Shown here: positions 44,365-49,985 of the stretch, piece by piece
Numbering within the stretch: position 1 is the stretch's first letter
Layout: the number at the start of each line of letters is the position of its first letter
Source of the DNA: Thaumarchaeota archaeon UBA141
Lineage (GTDB): Archaea > Thermoproteota > Nitrososphaeria > Nitrososphaerales > UBA141
Reading direction: 5' to 3'
NCBI GenBank assembly: GCA_002495315.1
Contig: DAEN01000051.1
Span: 1 to 49,985, forward strand
DNA: 49,985 bases
Translations under genes and position numbers: made by a program
The notes under the pieces: model-generated
What the model was told of the DNA's origin: nothing
What the model saw: only the letters and a program-made list of their open reading frames with translations
Databases searched by the model: none

Positions 44365-45360
44365 TCATTGAAAAGTCGGGGCGACTTCCTTCATGAAGAG
44401 CTCCATCATCTCCAACATAGATTCTGACGAGGAAGCTAAGAACTTCAATTCGAAGCCCTCGACGCCTGTAACCTCGAAATCCTTCATTCTTCTAGCAACT
44501 GTTTTGGGAGAACCTATCAAGTTTGCGGTACCGAAATCTCCAGGATGTGTTCGTCTGGTCTCCTTCAACGTCGAAAATGTATCCAACGTCTTGGAGGATA
44601 TTGACGTGGCTTCGTCTTCACTGCTAGCCAGACAAAGGAAGGATTCGTTATAGATCTCCAGCTCTTCCATATTCCTGCCTCTCTCCTTCATCAAGGGCTC
44701 GAGCTTCCTTAGCCCTATTGATATGTTCTCGGCGCTTGTAGCTGGTAGCCAGCCATCACCAAATCTAGCCAACCGGTTCAGAGCTTGATCGCTGATGCCC
44801 GAGGCTATCCAGAAGGGAAGCCCATCGGGCTTCGGGTAGAAAGATGCATCTTTGAAGTCCACAAATTTGCCTGTGAAGCTGCTGGTGGCCTTCTTTGAAA
44901 AGACGGTCTTGAGGGCGAGGAGGTACTCGTCAGTTATTTTGCCCCTCTTTTTCCAGGGCACTCCAAGTACCTCAAAGTCCTTTTCGACGTTTCCTATTGA
45001 CGCACAGAAGATAAGTCTCCCCCCTGAGAGTTGATTAAGAGTGGCAACTTGTTTGGCTAGAACTAGAGGGTGCCTTAGCGGTAGTACGAATGCTGCCGGG
45101 AGAAGCTTGATCCTTGTCGTAGCCGCTGCCACATAAGCAAGGACGGTGCTGCTTTCGTAGAAGTTGAGCTTACTATCTGTTTTATCCAAGGCTTCTACGG
45201 TGCCCGCAGAAAAATGGTACTTTTGACTCTCCCCCCAAGGTATATGGTCATGAGCAGTCAGTAGGTCGTACCCCAACCTCTCAGCTTTTCTTGCTACCTC
45301 CAAAACGACCGAAGGTATCGCGAAAGGGCCGGAATTGGGCAGTCTAACACCAAACCTCAT
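44365..45360 (-). CDS. LLM-family flavin/F420-dependent oxidoreductase
   Basis: 331 aa. MRFGVRLPN ... LNQLSGGRLIFCASIG. Its stop lies 1 nt from the start of the downstream amidohydrolase. Confidence 0.75.
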   Translation of the reverse strand: MRFGVRLPNSGPFAIPSVVLEVARKAERLGYDLLTAHDHIPWGESQKYHFSAGTVEALDKTDSKLNFYESSTVLAYVAAATTRIKLLPAAFVLPLRHPLVLAKQVATLNQLSGGRLIFCASIGNVEKDFEVLGVPWKKRGKITDEYLLALKTVFSKKATSSFTGKFVDFKDASFYPKPDGLPFWIASGISDQALNRLARFGDGWLPATSAENISIGLRKLEPLMKERGRNMEELEIYNESFLCLASSEDEATSISSKTLDTFSTLKETRRTHPGDFGTANLIGSPKTVARRMKDFEVTGVEGFELKFLASSSESMLEMMELFMKEVAPTFQ

Positions 45361-45452
45361 AGTCGAACATTAAGCTGACTATCCTAAAAATCTAGTATAT
45401 TGCAATGTTAGTCATGCTTATTTCATTCCCTATGCCCTAGTCGTCCAGGGAA

Positions 45453-45881
45453 ATGGAGAAGATTCCAATCTATACGGACCGGGTATTCAGGCCCGGACCC
45501 ATAGGCGGTAAGGCGTACATTTCGCACGCTATCAGGTGGGGCGATCTGGTCTTTGTCTCGGCAAAATATGGGGTCGATCCCTCTGGGAGACTAGCGGAAG
45601 GCGTTGAGAAACAGACAATTCAAACTCTTGAAAATATCGGCCTCATACTAGATGCGGCTGGAACATCTCTAGAAGGCGTCTTGAAAGCAACCATCTTTGT
45701 TAAGGAGATAAAGAACTTCTCTATCATAGACGGTGTATACTCTAAATATTTCAGAGTCGCACCAGCGCGGAGCTTCATCGAGGTATCAAATCTCTTAGTT
45801 CCTGGTGTCCATGTCCAGATCGAGGTCGTTGCGGGAATGATAAAGAAGACTAATGAACAAGTAGCTGATAATATCAGATAG
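45453..45881 (+). CDS. RidA / YjgF / L-PSP family protein (reactive imine/enamine deaminase family)
   Basis: 142 aa. LVFVSAKYGVDP ... ATIFVKEIKNFSIIDGVYSKYF..APARSFIEVSNL fits the RidA pattern. Confidence 0.8.
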   Translation: MEKIPIYTDRVFRPGPIGGKAYISHAIRWGDLVFVSAKYGVDPSGRLAEGVEKQTIQTLENIGLILDAAGTSLEGVLKATIFVKEIKNFSIIDGVYSKYFRVAPARSFIEVSNLLVPGVHVQIEVVAGMIKKTNEQVADNIR

Positions 45882-45884
45882 GGC

Positions 45885-47561
45885 TTGGGCCTAAAGTTCC
45901 CTATATTCCTCGCAGTCTCTGTAGCTGCTTTCATCATGATCCCTATAGGCATGTTGATAGTGGGTAGTTTTTCTTCTTCGGGGCTTGGAGAGCCGCTGGT
46001 CCCTTCGACGCTAAACTATGAGAAGGCCTTTTCGGACAAGCTATTTTTCCCATCACTGACCAATACTATCATCTTTGCGGTAGGTAGTACAATACTTGCC
46101 ATCAGCGTCGCCGTTGGAATGGCATGGATAGTGGTTCGGACTGACACACCAATGAAGAGATTCGCGGAATTCTTACCAATATTTCCACTACTATTGCCCC
46201 CAATGATGGATAACATAGCTTGGATTTTTTTGATATCACCAAGGGCTGGAATAATCAATAGGTTTCTCCAGGACGCCTTCGGCTTACAACCACTCTTCAA
46301 CGCATTCAGTCTCTCTGCTATGATATGGGTCTTCGGCCTTTCGCAAGTGCCTCTGGCCTACCTGATTATAGCTTCGGCCTTCACTTCTCTTGATCCTTCC
46401 CTGGAAGAGTCTGCTACTGTAAGTGGATCGGGAGTGATTAGGACTTTCTTCAGGATCACAGTACCACTCATGGTACCAGCTATACTCTCTGCTGGTATCC
46501 TGACCTTCGTGGCCACAATGAGATCCTTTGAAACGCCTACTCTCCAGGGCATCCCTGGAGGCGTTTTCGTCTATGTATCGAGGATTTACTCGGCGATGCA
46601 GCTCTCGACGCCACCTGATACTGGCCTGGCTACGGCCTATTCGGTTGTACTACTTGCAATAACATTGTTAGCTGTGGGCTTATACCTCTGGAGCTTGAAA
46701 CGTGTGTCGAAGTTTCAGGTGATCACTGGGCGTGGTTATAGGCCTAGAATCATTGCCATAGGGAGATGGAAGTATGCAACTCTGGCCTTCGTCTTCTTCT
46801 ATTTTGCAGTAGCTGTCCTCTTGCCGTTCTTCGTGGTGACCGTCATGTCGGTGATGCCATACTTCAGCTATAGCCTCCTCTCTGAGAATCTATTAGGATC
46901 CCTTACTCTAAGGAACTACATGCGCATCTCCGACCATCCTCTAATCACAGAGGGCATGTTCAACAGCGCGTGGTTTGGTTTGTCGTCCGCCTTCTTATGT
47001 GTCTTCATCGGGTTCGTCACCTCCTATATTGTCTACCGGACGAGACTGAGGGGTAGGAAGTTCCTTGAGGCCATAGGGACGATTCCAATAGCCTTCCCTG
47101 GCCTCGTGATAGGTCTGGCCCTCTTGTGGACCTTCTTCTATATGCCAGGAAAGATATACGGAGGTCCGATCGCTGTCATTTTGGCACTCATAGTTTTCAA
47201 ATTGCCTATAGCATTACGTTCGTTATCGGGATCTATCGTACAAATTCATCATGAGCTGGAAGAAGCTGCGCGGGTTCACGGTGGAAGCTGGGCCTATACG
47301 TTCCGACGGATTACCTTCAGCCTAATGAAGCCAGCACTAGCCGCTGTATCTCTCTTCCTATTCTTGGCCGCCTTCAAGGAGGTTGGAGCTGTGATACTCC
47401 TATCGGGTCCTGGTACAACCGTCGCTGCTGTTGCGCTTTTCAACTATTACGGAACTGGGCAGTGGATGGCTTTGTCTGCAGGGGCAGTAGTCTATTCCAT
47501 TGTGCTATTCGCAGTAGTTGTAGCGGCCAGATTCATATTCAAGATCAAGCTAAGACTGTAG
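45885..47561 (+). CDS. Fused two-domain ABC transporter permease (iron(III)/thiamine/polyamine-type, two BPD-transporter domains)
   Basis: 558 aa and highly hydrophobic. Two EAA-like loops (LEESATVSGSG and LEEAARVHGGS). The TTG start is 3 nt after the RidA stop. Confidence 0.75.
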   Translation: MGLKFPIFLAVSVAAFIMIPIGMLIVGSFSSSGLGEPLVPSTLNYEKAFSDKLFFPSLTNTIIFAVGSTILAISVAVGMAWIVVRTDTPMKRFAEFLPIFPLLLPPMMDNIAWIFLISPRAGIINRFLQDAFGLQPLFNAFSLSAMIWVFGLSQVPLAYLIIASAFTSLDPSLEESATVSGSGVIRTFFRITVPLMVPAILSAGILTFVATMRSFETPTLQGIPGGVFVYVSRIYSAMQLSTPPDTGLATAYSVVLLAITLLAVGLYLWSLKRVSKFQVITGRGYRPRIIAIGRWKYATLAFVFFYFAVAVLLPFFVVTVMSVMPYFSYSLLSENLLGSLTLRNYMRISDHPLITEGMFNSAWFGLSSAFLCVFIGFVTSYIVYRTRLRGRKFLEAIGTIPIAFPGLVIGLALLWTFFYMPGKIYGGPIAVILALIVFKLPIALRSLSGSIVQIHHELEEAARVHGGSWAYTFRRITFSLMKPALAAVSLFLFLAAFKEVGAVILLSGPGTTVAAVALFNYYGTGQWMALSAGAVVYSIVLFAVVVAARFIFKIKLRL

Positions 47562-47837
47562 AATCACGACCTCAACCGAATAGGTTGGTAGAGGGAGAGT
47601 TCTGGCGCGAATCCCATAAACTTAGTCAGAGTGGAGCTGCTCATTTTGAGTCTTTGAATATGCCACGAATCTCATCTGAATTAATAGTCCAACGTCTGGA
47701 AAAATCTCTTTCACTGAAAATTGTAAAAGACTGTCATCTTTAAGACCCCATTAGGCATATGAAAAACGATGCCAGAGATCAGGATTCTTGACAAACGTAA
47801 AGGAGAATTTCTGCAACAGGGTTAAGATGAGCACGCA

Positions 47838-48833
47838 ATGATCAAAGTGATCTTCTTTGGATTAGGGGAGATTGGGAGACAAATAGCTAGACTAGTTCTA
47901 AAGAAAAAGGAATTAGAGATTGTGGGTGCTCTAGATCTTGCTCCAGATCTTGTAGGAAAAAAGCTAGGAGATGTCTTGGGGCTTAATGCACCGGATCTGA
48001 ACATTACTGATGATGTAGACGGTTTACTATCTCAGGTCAGAGCTGACATAGTTCTCCATGCTACTGTGTCCAATCTTACAGTCGCATTACCACAGATCAC
48101 GAAGTGTATCAAGGCCAAGCTGAACGTTATATCTACCTGTGAGGAGCTATCATACCCATATTACAGGCATCCAGAGCTTTCATCCGAGCTAGCCAATCTT
48201 GCTGACTCAAACGGAGTAAGTGTTTTGGGTACCGGCATAAACCCTGGTTATCTTATGGACACTCTTCCCATAACTCTCACTGGAGCATGCCAAGACGTTC
48301 AGAGGATCAAAGTGACTCGTATGATGAATTCGAGTAAACGGAGGGTTCCATTTCAGAAAAAGATAGGAGAAGGGTTGACTCCTGAATTATTCAGAAAGAT
48401 GATCGAGGACAAGAAGATCACTGGACATGTTGGTCTAGTCGAATCGATAGCGATGATAGCTTCTGCCGTGGGATGGAAACTCGACGAAATACGGGAATTG
48501 CTCCCGGAACCGATTATCGCTGAGAGAGAACTAGCCACACCATACATTACCATCCAACCAGGGCAGGTCGCTGGGCTGAAGAGTGAGGCTCATGGTGTCA
48601 AGGGAGGAGTTCGAGTTATCGAATTGGAGTTTAATGCTAACGCGGCCGTCCAAGACGAATATGATGCCATAGATATTGATGGCGAGCCTCCTATTCGGCA
48701 AAAGATCATTGGTGGTGTTCACGGAGACCTCGGTACATCTTCTGTTATCGTAAACATGATTCCGAGGGTCCTCAAGTCTTCTTCTGGACTGGTCACCATG
48801 AAAGATCTACCACCTGTTTCTGCCTATCTTTAG
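47838..48833 (+). CDS. DapB-like NAD(P)-binding protein of the 2,4-diaminopentanoate dehydrogenase / native amine dehydrogenase type
   Basis: N-terminal Rossmann motif KVIFFGLGEIGRQIA and the GTGINPGYLMD block. Confidence 0.5.
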   Translation: MIKVIFFGLGEIGRQIARLVLKKKELEIVGALDLAPDLVGKKLGDVLGLNAPDLNITDDVDGLLSQVRADIVLHATVSNLTVALPQITKCIKAKLNVISTCEELSYPYYRHPELSSELANLADSNGVSVLGTGINPGYLMDTLPITLTGACQDVQRIKVTRMMNSSKRRVPFQKKIGEGLTPELFRKMIEDKKITGHVGLVESIAMIASAVGWKLDEIRELLPEPIIAERELATPYITIQPGQVAGLKSEAHGVKGGVRVIELEFNANAAVQDEYDAIDIDGEPPIRQKIIGGVHGDLGTSSVIVNMIPRVLKSSSGLVTMKDLPPVSAYL

Positions 48834-48924
48834 TGAGTCTCCACTAACCACGAACCACTTCGAGATCATAAGATGGTGGCTAATCAAAAAAGACTATCGT
48901 GACAATCTATCCAAAGCTACAATT

Positions 48925-49985
48925 CTAAATTGTTGTCTGCTTTTTTGCTAGCTTTTCGCCTACTCGATGGTAGTCGCCAGATATGATGAAGTCTGCATTT
49001 TCCTCGTCATCCTTGGTCCAAGATCCCAGATCATATCCGTGCCACGGCGTCTTCAGATCCAGCTCCGGTAGTCCTTCTTCCTTCCATATCTCGAGAGCGT
49101 GATCAACGAACTCCTTCTTTGGAAGGGCAACTGGTGGGTAAGGCCATTTTGTTGTTGCGTCGATCAGTAGAGCTGAGGTTCCACTAGGAGGAGGAAAGAG
49201 TGCCTCTTCCCTCGGTGTTCCAGGCGGTACAGCTGATGGATCGAGCAACGGTACTTTACCCGTGATGATCTCAATATCCCGATGAGGTTGCATCCGGTAG
49301 CTAAGAGCCCATATTACCGATTGTGGATCATGCGGATCTATGTCATCGTCAACAACTATTATGACCTTGCCAATCCGGGGATCATAACCGGAAAGTGAAT
49401 GGAGCGCCTGCTTTGGCTGAGCAGGATGCGTCTTCTTCATCTGTATAACGCAAAAGTGTCTCACGCCGCTCATCTCGTACACAGCAACATCGGTAATGCT
49501 TGGAATATTGGAATCATGCTTGAGATACTTGTGATAGACGCCCGTTGAGCCTATGCGCTTCATTGTACTGCTTTCGCTAGGAGCCATTTGGCTCAGAATA
49601 TGCTGATAGATGGGACGTTTTCGGTGAGCTATACATGTGACAGTCATGATTGGATCGCCGCGCTCACCCTTGAACATGAAGCCTGTATGTTCGCCGAAAG
49701 CAGGTGTAGGCTCCAAATAGTCGATGCCGACTTTTCCTTCAATAACGTACTCTGCGTTCGCGGGGACCTCGAGTCCAATGGTCTTGCACTTTACCAACTC
49801 TACAGGCTCGCCAGCTATTCCTCCTGCGACAGCCAGCTCATCAACACCATATGGAAGTCTCACCCCTGCAGCATAAGCTATGTTAGGTGTAGAACCTATG
49901 ATAATCGCAGCCTCAAGAGGTACTCCTTTTTCCTTGGACTTTGTCCAGTGCAAGTAAGCATGTTGGCCGGGATTGACGCCAAATG
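48925..49985 (-). CDS. UbiD-family (prFMN-dependent) decarboxylase, N-terminus beyond the right edge
   Basis: PLEAAIIIGSTPN...GVDELAVAGGIAGEPVELVKCKTIGLEVPANAEYVIEG is the UbiD core. The frame stays open upstream of the track start (…FGVNPGQHAYLHWTK) to position 49985. Confidence 0.8.
   Translation of the reverse strand, partial: FGVNPGQHAYLHWTKSKEKGVPLEAAIIIGSTPNIAYAAGVRLPYGVDELAVAGGIAGEPVELVKCKTIGLEVPANAEYVIEGKVGIDYLEPTPAFGEHTGFMFKGERGDPIMTVTCIAHRKRPIYQHILSQMAPSESSTMKRIGSTGVYHKYLKHDSNIPSITDVAVYEMSGVRHFCVIQMKKTHPAQPKQALHSLSGYDPRIGKVIIVVDDDIDPHDPQSVIWALSYRMQPHRDIEIITGKVPLLDPSAVPPGTPREEALFPPPSGTSALLIDATTKWPYPPVALPKKEFVDHALEIWKEEGLPELDLKTPWHGYDLGSWTKDDEENADFIISGDYHRVGEKLAKKQTTI

Noticed and set aside
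1-49985. CRISPR arrays, long tandem repeats, IS elements, rRNA genes
   Set aside because: Reading through the window I saw no regularly spaced direct repeats, no transposase or integrase-like ORFs, and no rRNA-like stretches. Coding density leaves no room for an array.

Overview
This is a densely coding archaeal chromosomal segment of about 50 genes. The archaeal call rests on archaeal-type riboflavin genes (arfA/arfB/arfC), a class I CCA-adding enzyme, a GPN-loop GTPase, a UPF0200/UPF0201 pair and a tRNA with a bulge-helix-bulge intron. TATA-like boxes also sit 27-32 nt upstream of many start codons, which suggests largely leaderless mRNAs. The window has four parts. (1) 1-4039 is a six-gene minus-strand riboflavin operon: ribB-ribH-arfA-[deaminase-type amidohydrolase]-arfC-arfB. 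(2) 4154-24709 is an accessory catabolic region rich in hydantoinase/oxoprolinase/acetone-carboxylase-family subunits: three HyuA paralogues, one HyuB and two small zinc-ribbon gamma-like subunits. It also holds a BKACE-family enzyme, an MtaA/UroD-fold protein, two paralogous amidinotransferase-fold genes flanking a dihydropyrimidinase-like hydrolase, and an acyl-AMP ligase. Housekeeping GPN GTPase and CinA-like genes interrupt it. (3) 24896-32859 is a housekeeping block dominated by tRNA maturation genes (THUMP methyltransferase, RNase Z, LigT/ThpR, CCA-adding enzyme). It ends in an intron-containing tRNA-Pro(GGG) with no encoded CCA. (4) 33155-49985 is a second catabolic island. It contains two LLM-type oxidoreductases, an MLE-type enolase-superfamily enzyme, an M19 dipeptidase, a DapA-like lyase, an alpha/beta hydrolase, a methyltransferase and an SDR. 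It also contains a stand-alone 2-oxoacid dehydrogenase E1 alpha/beta pair, an allantoinase/dihydroorotase-like hydrolase, RidA, a fused ABC permease, an amine-dehydrogenase-like protein and a UbiD-family decarboxylase cut by the right edge. I recognised no rRNA, CRISPR array, transposase or integrase. The strongest signal is the deaminase-type amidohydrolase translationally coupled inside the riboflavin operon, a candidate for the unassigned archaeal pyrimidine deaminase step. The orphan HyuA/gamma modules with unusual partners come next. All family calls come from motif recognition by eye; no database search was run.
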